Source: Thermovirgaceae bacterium (GTDB taxonomy: Bacteria; Synergistota; Synergistia; Synergistales; Thermovirgaceae). Taken from it: DNA of 64,000 nucleotides. Positions 8,576-18,751 of the stretch are shown one piece after another (the stretch's first letter is position 1; every line of letters begins with the position of its first letter). A model generated the notes under the pieces. It was not told where the DNA came from. It saw only the letters and a list, made by a program, of their open reading frames with translations, and made no database searches. The position numbers and the translations under genes are program-made. Location: positions 1-64,000 of the forward strand of contig JAXGNU010000001.1 of NCBI GenBank assembly GCA_040767805.1, given 5' to 3'.

Positions 8576-9399
8576 TGCCGCGCCCTGAAGTTATGTCATG
8601 GTTGAGAAAGAGGTTTTTCCCTCACCTGTGGTGCCCTGGATGCGGCCATGGGATAATAATGCATGCCATCCTGAGGGCCCTCATCGATTCAGGGAAAACA
8701 AAGGAGCAGACGGTGATCGCCTCCGGGATAGGTTGTTCCAGCAGGATGCCGGGGTACATAGACGCTTGCACTATCCACACCACTCACGGTAGGTCCCTGG
8801 CTTTCGCCACCGGGATCAAGCTGGCCAACCCCGAACTCACGATAATCGATGTTATGGGGGACGGTGACTGTACGGCTATCGGCGGTAATCATTTCATCCA
8901 TGCCTGCAGGAGGAACATCGGCATCACCGCCGTGGTAATGAACAACAATATTTACGGCATGACCGGGGGACAGGCTTCGCCCACCACGCCCCTTGGAGCC
9001 AAGGCGACTACAGCCCCTTATGGCGCCATCGACCCGCCCTTTGATATATGCAAACTTGCCCAGGGCGCCGGGGCTACTTATGTGGCCCGGACCACTATCG
9101 CGCAGCCCGTCCTATGCGAACAGTATATTAAGAACGGAATAGCCAACAAGGGTTTTTCCGTTATCGAGATACTCACCAACTGTCACACCCAGTTCGGCAG
9201 AAGGAACAACCTGAGGACTCCCGTGGACAACCTGAACTTCTACAAGAAAAACTCCGTCCCCTTGGCTAAAGCGCAAGGCATGACCCCCGCCGAGCTCGAG
9301 GGCAAGATCGTCACTGGTGAATTCGTAAAGAGAGAAGCGCCGGAATATACCGATCTCTACCGTAGCCTGGTCGAGAGAGTTGGGGGGACTGAACGATGA
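8575..9399 (+). CDS. korB: 2-oxoacid:ferredoxin oxidoreductase beta (TPP-binding) subunit
   Basis: WCPGCG, SGIGCS, GDGD...NN, YGMTGGQ. Confidence 0.92.
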   Translation: MPRPEVMSWLRKRFFPHLWCPGCGHGIIMHAILRALIDSGKTKEQTVIASGIGCSSRMPGYIDACTIHTTHGRSLAFATGIKLANPELTIIDVMGDGDCTAIGGNHFIHACRRNIGITAVVMNNNIYGMTGGQASPTTPLGAKATTAPYGAIDPPFDICKLAQGAGATYVARTTIAQPVLCEQYIKNGIANKGFSVIEILTNCHTQFGRRNNLRTPVDNLNFYKKNSVPLAKAQGMTPAELEGKIVTGEFVKREAPEYTDLYRSLVERVGGTER

Positions 9400-9941
9400 A
9401 GGACCGTTACGAGATAAGGTTCGCCGGTTCGGGCGGCCAGGGGGTCATTCTGGCTGCCGTTGTGATGGGAGAGGCCGCGGCTATCTACGAAGGCCTGAAC
9501 TCGGTCCAAACCCAGTCCTACGGGCCGGAAGCAAGGGGAGGCAAATCCAAATCGGAGGTCGTCATCGCAAGAGGCAGTATCGATTACCCGAAGGCTACCG
9601 CCCCGGACCTTCAGATCATACTCAACCAGGCTTCCTGCGACGAATTCATTTCGCAGACGGGCAAGGGCGGGATCGTGATCGTCGATGATACCTACGTCTC
9701 ATCCGTCCCGGAGACGGAAGCCCAGGTCTTCAGTTTACCCATCGTCAAAACTGCAAGAGAAAAGATCGGGAGGGAACTGGTCACGAACATGGTGGCTCTC
9801 GGAGTCACCGCCAGGGTCCTGGAGAAGAAGGGGCTCATGAAGGTCGAATCTATAAAGCAAGCCGTATTGGCAAGGGTCCCCAAGGGGACGGAAGAGATCA
9901 ACGAAAAAGCCTTCATCGAAGGTTACAAACTGATGGATTAG
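9396..9941 (+). CDS. korC: 2-oxoacid:ferredoxin oxidoreductase gamma subunit
   Basis: GSGGQGV, SYGPEARGG, NMVALG. Confidence 0.92.
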   Translation: MKDRYEIRFAGSGGQGVILAAVVMGEAAAIYEGLNSVQTQSYGPEARGGKSKSEVVIARGSIDYPKATAPDLQIILNQASCDEFISQTGKGGIVIVDDTYVSSVPETEAQVFSLPIVKTAREKIGRELVTNMVALGVTARVLEKKGLMKVESIKQAVLARVPKGTEEINEKAFIEGYKLMD

Positions 9942-9980
9942 GCACGGAAAAACAGGCATTTCCCGTTCCTGACGGCAGTA

Positions 9981-10012
9981 AGCGAGGCGTGAGGTCGCCC
10001 TCACGCCTCGCT
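9981..10012. terminator. perfect 14-bp stem-loop after korC (terminator or 3' stabiliser)
   Basis: AGCGAGGCGTGAGG-TCGC-CCTCACGCCTCGCT; no poly-T tail. Confidence 0.55.
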
Positions 10013-10151
10013 CATTGAGTTGTTTCACCAAGAATAGTTGAGGATCCCGACCTTAAGCCCCTGTGATCTTCCATCGTTCTTCACGAGATACAATCTCTAA
10101 CAAAACCCAGGAGACTGACCTTTCCCATGTACTGTTTTGGTACCCAATCCA

Positions 10152-10268
10152 TGAAATTTCCCCCTTCCTAAAGGAAGCGGACCTCGTCCCTGTCCCTTCA
10201 AGGGGTGAAATTACCCCCTTCCGGAAGGAAGGGGACTCTGCCCCATTCCTTCAAGAATGGGACTTCGT
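10152..10268. repeat. tandem array of four imperfect 27-nt palindromic units (54-nt higher-order repeat)
   Basis: Units at 10161, 10188, 10215 and 10242, e.g. CCCCTTCC-TAAA-GGAAGCGG, CCCCTTCC-GGAA-GGAAGGGG, CCCATTC-CTTCAA-GAATGGG; TGAAATT at 10152 and 10206. Confidence 0.75.
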
Positions 10269-10299
10269 TGCTGTCCGGCCACACAAGACGCTCGGCTTG

Positions 10300-10328
10300 T
10301 TGCCAAACCAGCGATGCCAAATTATAAT
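10300..10328 (+). promoter_or_regulatory. sigma70-type promoter for tRNA-Gly
   Basis: TTGCCA (10300-10305), 17 bp, TATAAT (10323-10328). Confidence 0.8.
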
Positions 10329-10340
10329 GAGCCATCGAGG

Positions 10341-10416
10341 GCGGACATAGCTCAGTTGGTAGAGCATCGGCTTCCCAAGCCGAGGGTCGCGGGTTCGAAT
10401 CCCGTTGTCCGCTCCA
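10341..10416 (+). tRNA. tRNA-Gly(CCC)
   Basis: 76-nt cloverleaf: GCGGACA/TGTCCGC acceptor, TCGGC-TTCCCAA-GCCGA anticodon arm, GGTTCGAATCC, discriminator T, encoded CCA. Confidence 0.97.
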
Positions 10417-10548
10417 TTTTTTTTATGCTATTCTTTATCGGGTCCTCTTAGGTACTATTTTTGAACCCTCCGTGACGATGACTCCGGGAAGGGTCATCCC
10501 CTGGATCCCGGCCGCTGGCAAAAAGCCGCCTCACCCCGCCTTGTCGAG

Positions 10549-10577
10549 TTGACATGATATGGGGAGGCCATTAGAAT
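10549..10577 (+). promoter_or_regulatory. promoter of the V/A-type ATPase operon
   Basis: TTGACA (10549-10554), 17 bp, TAGAAT (10572-10577); a second TATAAT at 10611-10616. Confidence 0.75.
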
Positions 10578-10637
10578 CTTGTAGGTTTGTTAAACCATTT
10601 CCTTATACAGTATAATGCATGCTAGGAGGTAATAGGT

Positions 10638-10970
10638 GTGCCGAAAAACATCGCGGAAGAAATTACCGAAGCGGAGGCCAAAGCCAGGCAGATCCTCCAC
10701 GACGCCCGTGCTGAAGGGGCGCGGGTGTTAGCCCAGGCCAGGGCCGAAGCGGAAAACTTGGCCAAGGAATCAAGACAAAGGTACCACCGTAGCCTCAGGG
10801 AGACGACCCTAAAACTCGAGGAAGAGGCCGACAAGGAATCGGAAAAAACTATTGAAAAAGGAAGAAGAGAAGCTGAAGGACTGATCCAGAGCCATAAAGA
10901 CAAGGTAGACGCAGTGGCAGATTGGGTCGCGGAAGAGGTGATGTCACGATATGGCAGTGACAAAGGTTAA
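10638..10970 (+). CDS. atpH: V/A-type ATP synthase peripheral stalk subunit H (G-like)
   Basis: 110-aa charged coiled coil, first gene of the operon, SD AGGAGG. Confidence 0.75.
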   Translation: MPKNIAEEITEAEAKARQILHDARAEGARVLAQARAEAENLAKESRQRYHRSLRETTLKLEEEADKESEKTIEKGRREAEGLIQSHKDKVDAVADWVAEEVMSRYGSDKG

Positions 10971-12993
10971 AAAAGTCCGCATCGTCGCTCATCACGAAAG
11001 CTTGGATACTGCCATCGCCGCCCTCCAGGGCCTCGGTTGTTGTGAGATCATCCCCCCCGATGGAGAGAGCGGACCCGAAGGAGGCCACGGCTCGACACCC
11101 CCCGAAAAGATCAAGACCGGCAAGTCCTCGGAATTGGAAACCAGCATTAGCGATTGCCGATTCATTCTAAGGTTCCTCGAACCTCTTTACGCCGAAAAAG
11201 GCGGAACGCTGGAAAGGCTCCTCGGCCCCAAACCCCCCATTTCCTTGACAGAACTGGCCTCGTTGAGGGCCAGGACAGACCTCTCCGACCTATCTTCAAA
11301 AGCTCGAAACCTGGAACGAAGAATATCGGAGATGCGGTCGGAGACATCGCAGATAGTTAACCACCTCCATCTTTTGGAGTCCATCAAGGAGCTGGAGCTC
11401 CCCCTTTGGATCATCACCAGGGGGACCGAGAAGGTAATGGGCGTAATGGGTTCTATACCCTCGGGGCGTAAGGCAGGTCTTTCGGAACACTTTTCCAGCG
11501 TCGTAAAAGGCGAGGGTGAGCTATTCCTGTTCTCCTCGGCGGCGAAGGAAGCCGAGGCCATGGCAATCCTGGTATTCCCCCGGGTTTTTGAACAGGAAGT
11601 GATGGAATTCACCGCCATGTTAGGTTTCTCCAGGCTGGACTGCCCTCCCGGTCTCGAAGAGAAGCCCGCGATGGAGATAGAAAGGTTGGCGAAGCGGCGG
11701 GAGGAACTCGCCGGGGCGATCACCTCCGCCGAGTGCGAGGCTTCCCAAATGGCAAAGGAAGTGGTGCCGATGGCAAGGAAGTTGAGTGACTACCTTGCCG
11801 TGTTGGCAGCTAGGAAGGAGGCGGGCGATTCCGGGATCTCCTCGGAGAAAGTATCCGTATTGAGGTTTTGGATTCCCGCGGGCAAGATGAAGGATGTCGA
11901 AAAGGCCCTGGAACCTTGCAAAGGCCTGGTGGACATTCATTCTGAGGATCCATCCCCGGAGGACGACCCGCCGATAATTCTTGAAAACCCCCGATGGGCC
12001 GTTCCCTTCTCACCGCTCACGAAGCTTTACGGGATGCCGTCCTACTCAGGCATTGACCCAACGGTGCTGATGGCGCCTTTCTTCTTTCTCTTCTTCGGCA
12101 TGTGCCTGGGTGATGGCGGTTACGGCCTTGTCCTGGGTGCCTTCCTGCTTTACGCCCTCCTGCGGTACAGGCTTTCGGGGGACACGAGGAACTTCTTTGT
12201 CCTCCTCCTTTTGGGCAGCATCTCCACTGTACTTGTGGGAACCCTGACGGGGAGTTGGCTTGGGGACATGATCGATGTGTTCGGTATTTTCGCCCCCATT
12301 AAGTCCTTAAAGGACAGCCTCGTCCTTATCAAGCCCATGGACGACCCCATTACCTTTCTGGTCATAGCGCTCGGCCTGGGCGTGGTCCAGATCCTCTTCG
12401 GCCTATTGATCGCCCTGTGGGATGCTTTCCGCAAAGGCGACATGATGGGCGCTTTCGCCGACCAGGGTGGGTGGCTGGCTTTGCTGGTCGGAATTCTCCT
12501 TTGGGGTGCTTCTTCACTAGGGGTAGGGGGTGGTGCGGTCCTTTTAGCCGGCAAGTTGCTCGCCGCCGTCGGAACCCTGACCCTTGTGGCGACCCAGGGC
12601 AGGGACAAGCCTGGTGTGATCAGGAAGGTGGTTTCCGGGGTCTTGAGCCTCTACAATGTTACTTCCTACCTGGGAGATGTCCTGAGTTACAGCCGCCTTC
12701 TCGCACTGGGACTGGCAACCTCGGCCATAGCCATGATCGGCAACACCCTGACAATCCTCGTTTCCGGGATACCCTACGTCGGGTGGGTCTTGGCCTTCCT
12801 GATATTCTTCGGCGGCCACCTTTTCAGTGTCGTCGTGAACGTACTCGGTTCTTTTATTCATTCCCTGCGCCTCCAGTACGTGGAATTCTTCAGCAAGTTC
12901 TATTCAGCCGGTGGGAGGGCTTTCGACCCGTTGAGGGTGGTAACGAAATTCACGAGAATAACCGGGCAGGGAGTCGAAGGTCCGGGTTTATAG
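10951..12993 (+). CDS. atpI: V/A-type ATP synthase subunit I (a)
   Basis: YGMPSY, FFGMCLGDGGYG, VLSYSRLLALGL, HSLRLQYVEFF. Confidence 0.95.
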   Translation: MAVTKVKKVRIVAHHESLDTAIAALQGLGCCEIIPPDGESGPEGGHGSTPPEKIKTGKSSELETSISDCRFILRFLEPLYAEKGGTLERLLGPKPPISLTELASLRARTDLSDLSSKARNLERRISEMRSETSQIVNHLHLLESIKELELPLWIITRGTEKVMGVMGSIPSGRKAGLSEHFSSVVKGEGELFLFSSAAKEAEAMAILVFPRVFEQEVMEFTAMLGFSRLDCPPGLEEKPAMEIERLAKRREELAGAITSAECEASQMAKEVVPMARKLSDYLAVLAARKEAGDSGISSEKVSVLRFWIPAGKMKDVEKALEPCKGLVDIHSEDPSPEDDPPIILENPRWAVPFSPLTKLYGMPSYSGIDPTVLMAPFFFLFFGMCLGDGGYGLVLGAFLLYALLRYRLSGDTRNFFVLLLLGSISTVLVGTLTGSWLGDMIDVFGIFAPIKSLKDSLVLIKPMDDPITFLVIALGLGVVQILFGLLIALWDAFRKGDMMGAFADQGGWLALLVGILLWGASSLGVGGGAVLLAGKLLAAVGTLTLVATQGRDKPGVIRKVVSGVLSLYNVTSYLGDVLSYSRLLALGLATSAIAMIGNTLTILVSGIPYVGWVLAFLIFFGGHLFSVVVNVLGSFIHSLRLQYVEFFSKFYSAGGRAFDPLRVVTKFTRITGQGVEGPGL

Positions 12994-13050
12994 AACAGGT
13001 GCTGTTCTGTTAAATTATTTAGCATTCTTTGAGAGGAGTGTGCTTCAATA

Positions 13051-13527
13051 ATGGATCAACTTGGGATCATGCTTGCGGTACTTGGCGCGGCCCTTGCCGC
13101 CGGTTTCTCTGGTTCGGGTTCGGCAATAGGAGTTGGCATCGCGGGGGAATCAGGCGCCGGCATCATGACGGAAGATCCCGGTAAGTTCGGTCTCGTCCTT
13201 TTGCTTCAGGCCCTTCCCGGGACCCAGGGCATCTACGGGCTCCTCACTGCCTTTTTCGCGATCCTTAAGGTCGGGCTTCTCGGTGGGGCCGTCGTTTCCG
13301 TCAATGTCTGGCAAGGGTTGGGAGTTCTCTTCGCCTGCCTTCCCATCGCTATCGCCGGTTACTATTCCGCCATAGCCCAGGGCAAGACTTCCGCCGCGAG
13401 TATCCAGATGATAGCCAAGAGGCCTGAAGAGACAGGAAAGGCGGTCATCCTTCCTGCCATGGTCGAAACTTACGCCGTTCTCGCCTTGTTGATGAGCATA
13501 ATACTCTTGAACAGCATCCAGATCTGA
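13051..13527 (+). CDS. atpK: V/A-type ATP synthase subunit K (4-TM c subunit)
   Basis: LPGTQGIYG, SAIAQG, MVETYA; NtpK-like. Confidence 0.95.
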   Translation: MDQLGIMLAVLGAALAAGFSGSGSAIGVGIAGESGAGIMTEDPGKFGLVLLLQALPGTQGIYGLLTAFFAILKVGLLGGAVVSVNVWQGLGVLFACLPIAIAGYYSAIAQGKTSAASIQMIAKRPEETGKAVILPAMVETYAVLALLMSIILLNSIQI

Positions 13528-13555
13528 CCGGTTTTATGACTACGGGGTGAGTAAA

Positions 13556-14140
13556 ATGTCCTTAGCAGACATCAAAGCAAAGATCGAAACCGATGCCAGG
13601 AACGAGGCGAAGGAGATCCTAGGCCAGTACCGCGCCCAGGCTGACGAAATCCTCGCTGGGGCCAGGCGCGAAAGCGAAATGCTTGGCAAGAAACTCCAGG
13701 AGAGGATCAGCCATGAAGAGGGCGAGGTGCGGAAAAGAAAAGCGATCGTGGCCGATCTCGAGGTCAGAAAACTCATGCTGGGAGCAAAAAGAGAACTGGT
13801 GGACCTTGTTTACAAGAAGGCCATGGAGATACTATCCAGCCTGCCCAGGGACAGGTATGTCGGCTTCATGACAAAGCTGCTGGGGTCCCCGGAGGTTTCA
13901 GGGGATGAAGAGGTTTTTCTGTGCAAGGGAGAAAGGACCTTGGATCAAAAGTGGTTGGACGAGGTAAACGCCCAAAAGAAGTCCAACCTGACCCTTTCCC
14001 AGGAGAGGGTCCACGGGTCCGGGGGGTTCGTCCTCAGGAAGGGCAGGATAGATATCAACTGCACCTGGGATGTCCTCCTCAGCCGGGTTAGAGAAGACAT
14101 GGAGGCAGAGGTTGTCGATCGCCTCTTTCCCAACCGTTAG
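13556..14140 (+). CDS. atpE: V/A-type ATP synthase subunit E
   Basis: MSLADIKAKI coiled coil, GGFVL, position in the operon. Confidence 0.88.
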   Translation: MSLADIKAKIETDARNEAKEILGQYRAQADEILAGARRESEMLGKKLQERISHEEGEVRKRKAIVADLEVRKLMLGAKRELVDLVYKKAMEILSSLPRDRYVGFMTKLLGSPEVSGDEEVFLCKGERTLDQKWLDEVNAQKKSNLTLSQERVHGSGGFVLRKGRIDINCTWDVLLSRVREDMEAEVVDRLFPNR

Positions 14141-14153
14141 GGAGGTTCCTGCT

Positions 14154-15164
14154 ATGGCCGACCCTGCCGACTACGGTTATGCCGTTTCAAGACTCAGGGC
14201 GATGGAGAACAGGCTTCTTGACCAGGGAGTGTTTCAACGGCTCCTGGACAGCGAAGACCTGCCTTCAGCCCTAAAGGTGATGTCCGAGACGGCCTACGGG
14301 AAATGGTTCCTTGAGCAGCAGAGCGAAGAAAAATTCGAGCCCGCCATAGAATCGGAGCTCCAGTACGTCTATGCCGAAACGGAACAATTCGTTCCCGACC
14401 CTTGCCTGTACAGGACCTTCAGGCTCCCCTACGACATCCATAATATCAAGGTCCTCCTGAAAGGTATTTTCAAACAGAAACAGGGGGGGCAGAGGCGGCT
14501 GGACCTTCTGACCGGCCTTGGGAACATCCCCGTGGATGACCTGGTGATGGCCATTGAGAGCGAAGACTATCGACTCATGCCCTTCGGTTTTCACAGGACC
14601 GTGCCGGAAGCCGTCTCAACCTGGGAACAGACTCATGACATCCTCCAGGTGGAGCGCATTCTCGACCAGGCGCTTTTCGCACTCCAGCTGAAGATGGCGG
14701 ACGAAGTGGCTTTCGAGGGAGTGAAGTTGTTCGCGCGGTCCAGGGTCGATACGGAGAACATCAGGAACATTGCAAGGCTCAAAAGAATGGGTTTTGATCT
14801 ACCCCAGGCCGCCCCGTTCCTTCATAACGGCGGAACCGTACCGGTGGAGAAGATTCAGTCCCTGATCAATGAACCCTTCGAGGGTTGGGAAAGAATACTC
14901 TCCTTCGCCGACGTCTCCAGGATTCTTTCCGGGGCGCAGGACCACGCGGACCTGGATTCTCTCATCGTGGACCTCGAAAAATCCATTGATGATTTCCTCT
15001 CCTGGGTCCTGGCGAAGTACAAGTACAGCCCCTTCGCGCCGGAGAATGTCCTCCACTTCCTCTGGATGAAGGAAATAGAAGCCAAGAATGTCAGGGTCCT
15101 TCTCATCGGAATAGGGAACGGGGCGGACCGCACGGTCCTCAGGAGGCTTTTGAGAAATGTCTGA
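14154..15164 (+). CDS. atpC: V/A-type ATP synthase subunit C (d)
   Basis: YAVSRLRAME, YDIHNIK, KEIEAKNVR; ATG after SD GGAGG. Confidence 0.92.
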   Translation: MADPADYGYAVSRLRAMENRLLDQGVFQRLLDSEDLPSALKVMSETAYGKWFLEQQSEEKFEPAIESELQYVYAETEQFVPDPCLYRTFRLPYDIHNIKVLLKGIFKQKQGGQRRLDLLTGLGNIPVDDLVMAIESEDYRLMPFGFHRTVPEAVSTWEQTHDILQVERILDQALFALQLKMADEVAFEGVKLFARSRVDTENIRNIARLKRMGFDLPQAAPFLHNGGTVPVEKIQSLINEPFEGWERILSFADVSRILSGAQDHADLDSLIVDLEKSIDDFLSWVLAKYKYSPFAPENVLHFLWMKEIEAKNVRVLLIGIGNGADRTVLRRLLRNV

Positions 15165-15483
15165 CGGAAAGAACCTTTTAATGGCCGCTGTAGGTGATTT
15201 TGAAAGCGTCCTGCCATTCCAGGCTGTCGGCGTGAGTCCTTTTTCGCCGGAGAACGGGCTCAGGGAGCTTCTCCTGGGACTGGCCAAGGAACAGTACGCC
15301 GTGGTTTTCCTCGTTGATTCTCTTTACAGGGACAACCGGGAGATGGTGGAGGAATTGAACGAGCACTACGCCATGAGCATTATCCCCGTCCCCGGTATAA
15401 GGGGTTCCACGGGGATAGGAATAAGTACCATCCGCGAAAGCGTTGAAAGAGCTGTCGGGATGGATATTTTTTCGGTGAAGTAG
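15157..15483 (+). CDS. atpF: V/A-type ATP synthase subunit F
   Basis: AVGD..., IIPVP, VERAVGMDI. Confidence 0.92.
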   Translation: MSDGKNLLMAAVGDFESVLPFQAVGVSPFSPENGLRELLLGLAKEQYAVVFLVDSLYRDNREMVEELNEHYAMSIIPVPGIRGSTGIGISTIRESVERAVGMDIFSVK

Positions 15484-15522
15484 TCGTAACGGAAGACACG
15501 AGTGTACTCGGAGGGGATATTA

Positions 15523-17316
15523 TTGGCCAACAAAGAGAAGATCGTAGGTTCCATCGCCAAGATCTCCGGTCCCCTGGTAATAGCCGATGGAATGAGCGGG
15601 GCCGGAATGTACGAAGTTGTAAGGGTTGGGAACCTCGGACTTGTCGGCGAGATCATCGAGCTGAAGGGAGCGATGGCCTTCATACAGGTCTACGAGGAGA
15701 CTTCAGGGTTGAAACCGGGAGAGCCCGTCGAAAGCTCCGGTGCTCCCCTGAGCGTGGAACTGGGCCCGGGGCTCATCGAACAATTTTATGATGGTGTCCA
15801 GAGGCCCCTGAACCTTATTGAAAAGGCGGCCAACAGCCCTTACATATCCAGGGGAATCAACGTCCCGGCCCTCGACAGGTCGAAAAAGTGGGATTTCGCG
15901 CCTCTTGTAGAGGAAGGAGCCCAAGTTTCTGAAGGGGACCTCCTCGGTGAGGTCCAGGAGACGGTTCTTGTCAGGCACCTGATCCTGGTCCCCCACGGCG
16001 TTAAGGGGAGCGTCAAAAGCATTCGCAGGGGATCCTTCAACGTCGAAGAGACGGTCGCGGTGATACAGGACGGTGAAAAGGAGGTCCCCGTGGCCATGAT
16101 GCAAAGATGGCCCGTCAGGACGCCGAGACCGGTCCGCCAAAGACTTGCCCCCAATGTGCCGCTTCCGACAGGGCAGCGTGTCGTGGACACCTTCTTCCCT
16201 CTTTCCAGGGGTGGAGCGGCCTGTGTACCCGGACCCTTTGGCTCGGGCAAGACCGTCATCCAGCACCAGCTGGCCAAATGGGCTGACGCCGAGATCGTGG
16301 TGTACGTCGGCTGCGGTGAGCGCGGGAATGAAATGACCGATGTGCTCCTTGAATTCCCTGAACTGGTCGACCCCAGGTCAGGGGAGCCGTTGATGAAAAG
16401 GACGGTCCTGATTGCCAACACCTCCAACATGCCCGTCGCAGCGAGGGAGGCGAGCATATACACGGCGGTCACTATCGCGGAATATTACCGGGATATGGGT
16501 TACTCGGTAGCCCTCATGGCCGATTCGACTAGCCGATGGGCAGAGGCTCTTCGTGAGATCTCCGGCAGGCTCGAGGAGATGCCGGGTGAAGAAGGGTATC
16601 CCGCTTACCTTGGAACCAGGCTGGCCAGTTTTTACGAAAGAGCCGGAAGGGCCATATGCCTCGGGTCCGAAGGCAGGGAAGGCTCCATCACGTCCATCGG
16701 GGCTGTTTCCCCTCCGGGAGGGGACCTGTCCGAACCGGTAAGCCAGAACTCCCTCAGGGTGACCAAGGTTTTTTGGGGTCTCGATGCCAACCTGGCCTAC
16801 CAGAGGCATTTCCCCGCCATAAACTGGCTACTAAGTTATTCCCTCTATGCCGAGACGCTCGGGGAATACTGGGATAACCTCTATGACGGGGAATGGAGCA
16901 CCCTGAGGACCGAGGCCATGTCGATCCTGGAAGAAGAGGACAGGCTCCGGGAGATCGTCAGGCTCGTGGGCATCGATGCCCTGTCCAGGCAGGAGAGGAT
17001 GATCCTGGAGACCGCCAAGTCTCTCAGGGAGGACTTCCTGCACCAGAATGCTTACCACGAGGTCGATACTTACGCCTCGATGGACAAGCAGTTCAAGATG
17101 CTGAGGAATATTATTCACTTCCACCACCTTTGCCAGAACGCCCTTGAGAGGGGGTCCACGATCCAGGAGATCAACGCCCTTCCCGTCAGGGACCAGATAG
17201 CCAGGATGAGATACGAGGATGAGAAGGAACTGAAACGGATCGATGAATTGCTGCCGGTTATGAAAGAAGAGGTCGACCGGCTTCTTTCGGAAGGGGGCAT
17301 GGGTGATGTTGCCTAA
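15523..17316 (+). CDS. atpA: V/A-type ATP synthase subunit A
   Basis: [31 protein letters not shown] start after GGAGGGG. Confidence 0.97.
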   Translation: MANKEKIVGSIAKISGPLVIADGMSGAGMYEVVRVGNLGLVGEIIELKGAMAFIQVYEETSGLKPGEPVESSGAPLSVELGPGLIEQFYDGVQRPLNLIEKAANSPYISRGINVPALDRSKKWDFAPLVEEGAQVSEGDLLGEVQETVLVRHLILVPHGVKGSVKSIRRGSFNVEETVAVIQDGEKEVPVAMMQRWPVRTPRPVRQRLAPNVPLPTGQRVVDTFFPLSRGGAACVPGPFGSGKTVIQHQLAKWADAEIVVYVGCGERGNEMTDVLLEFPELVDPRSGEPLMKRTVLIANTSNMPVAAREASIYTAVTIAEYYRDMGYSVALMADSTSRWAEALREISGRLEEMPGEEGYPAYLGTRLASFYERAGRAICLGSEGREGSITSIGAVSPPGGDLSEPVSQNSLRVTKVFWGLDANLAYQRHFPAINWLLSYSLYAETLGEYWDNLYDGEWSTLRTEAMSILEEEDRLREIVRLVGIDALSRQERMILETAKSLREDFLHQNAYHEVDTYASMDKQFKMLRNIIHFHHLCQNALERGSTIQEINALPVRDQIARMRYEDEKELKRIDELLPVMKEEVDRLLSEGGMGDVA

Positions 17317-18718
17317 AGAATACAGGACCATATCCGACCTTTCGGGTCCTCTTCTGGTCGTCGAAAACACCGAGAATGTCCGTTACGACGAGCTGGTCGA
17401 GATCGAGTTGGCCAACGGGGAACGCAGAAGGGGCAGGGTGTTGGAGATAACGAGGGAGAACGCCCTGGTACAGGTTTTCGAAGGTACGTCCGGTATCGAC
17501 CTGGATACCACGAAGGTCGTCTTCATGGGGAAGGTCCTGATGCTCCCCGTCAGCAAGGACATCCTGGGACGCATCTTCAACGGGCGGGGAGAGCCTATCG
17601 ATGGGGGAGCGCCCATTATCCCCGACAAGACCCTGGACGTCAACGGTTATCCCATGAACCCCTATTCAAGGGACTACCCCTCGGAGTTCATCCAGACCGG
17701 AATCTCCACGATCGACGGCATGAACCCCATGGTGAGAGGCCAGAAACTCCCGATCTTTTCGGGTAGCGGGTTACCCCATAACAGGATCGCGGCCCAGGTG
17801 GCGAGACAATCGACCGTCCTCGGCGGTCACGAGGATTTCGCCGTCGTGTTCGCGGCTATGGGGATCACCTTCGAGGAAGCCTACTTCTTCATGGAAGACT
17901 TCCGAAAGACCGGGGCCATCGAAAGAACGGTGATGTTCGTCAACCTGGCGGACGACCCCGCCATAGAACGGATAACCACCCCCCGGCTTGCCCTCACCTG
18001 CGCTGAATACCTGGCCTTTGAAAGAGATTACCAGGTCCTGGTCATCCTGACGGACCTGACGAACTACTGCGAAGCCCTGAGGGAGATCTCCTCGGCTCGA
18101 AAGGAAGTCCCCGGCAGGAGGGGTTACCCCGGCTACCTATATACGGACCTGGCGACGATGTACGAGAGGGCGGGAAGGCTTAAAGGGAAGAAAGGTTCCA
18201 TTACGCAGTTCCCGATATTGACCATGCCCGAGGATGATAAGACCCATCCCATACCAGACCTCACGGGTTACATCACCGAAGGACAGATCATCCTCAGCCG
18301 AACGCTGCACAGGAAGGGCATCTTTCCCCCCGTCGACGTCATGCCCTCCCTTTCCAGGCTCAAGGACAAGGGTATCGGGGCGGGAAAGACCAGGGAGGAT
18401 CACGCCGACCTGATGAACCAGCTTTTCGCCGCCTACGCCAGGGGAAAAGAGGCCAAGGAGCTTGCCACCATCCTCGGGGAAGGGGCGCTTTCCGAAGAAG
18501 ATAAGGCCTTCGCCCTTTTTTCCGATCGTTTCGAGGATCTTTATGTCAGGCAGGGTGAATATGAGAACAGGCCCATCGAGGAAACCCTCGAACTCGGGTG
18601 GGACCTGCTTACCGTCATCCCGGTCAGGGAACTGAAGCGTGTCAGGGACGCCTACATCGAGAAATACCTCCTGCCGAGATCGGGTACTGAAAAAGAGAAA
18701 CAGGCCAAGGGCGCGTGA
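17306..18718 (+). CDS. atpB: V/A-type ATP synthase subunit B
   Basis: [35 protein letters not shown]. Confidence 0.97.
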   Translation: MLPKEYRTISDLSGPLLVVENTENVRYDELVEIELANGERRRGRVLEITRENALVQVFEGTSGIDLDTTKVVFMGKVLMLPVSKDILGRIFNGRGEPIDGGAPIIPDKTLDVNGYPMNPYSRDYPSEFIQTGISTIDGMNPMVRGQKLPIFSGSGLPHNRIAAQVARQSTVLGGHEDFAVVFAAMGITFEEAYFFMEDFRKTGAIERTVMFVNLADDPAIERITTPRLALTCAEYLAFERDYQVLVILTDLTNYCEALREISSARKEVPGRRGYPGYLYTDLATMYERAGRLKGKKGSITQFPILTMPEDDKTHPIPDLTGYITEGQIILSRTLHRKGIFPPVDVMPSLSRLKDKGIGAGKTREDHADLMNQLFAAYARGKEAKELATILGEGALSEEDKAFALFSDRFEDLYVRQGEYENRPIEETLELGWDLLTVIPVRELKRVRDAYIEKYLLPRSGTEKEKQAKGA

Positions 18719-18751
18719 GGGAAGACTAAAAAATGGTAAGGGGAGCCTGAT

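Noticed and set aside
10152..10268. Hairpin array as a CRISPR array
   Set aside because: Only two near-identical ~31-nt copies, the intervening sequences are short and resemble each other, there is no GAAAC-type end, and no cas genes are in the window.
10063..10350. 95-aa plus-strand ORF with PFxxExD repeats
   Set aside because: The peptide repeats follow from the 27-nt DNA palindromes, there is no SD, and the ORF overlaps the tRNA-Gly promoter and 5' end.
46..10416. tRNA-Val or tRNA-Gly as integration sites of a genomic island
   Set aside because: No integrase, no duplicated tRNA 3' end seen, and no compositional shift; flanking genes are housekeeping.
15523..18718. Inteins or selenocysteine recoding in ATPase A/B or other enzymes
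   Set aside because: Protein lengths are normal, and no in-frame TGA interrupts a conserved domain.
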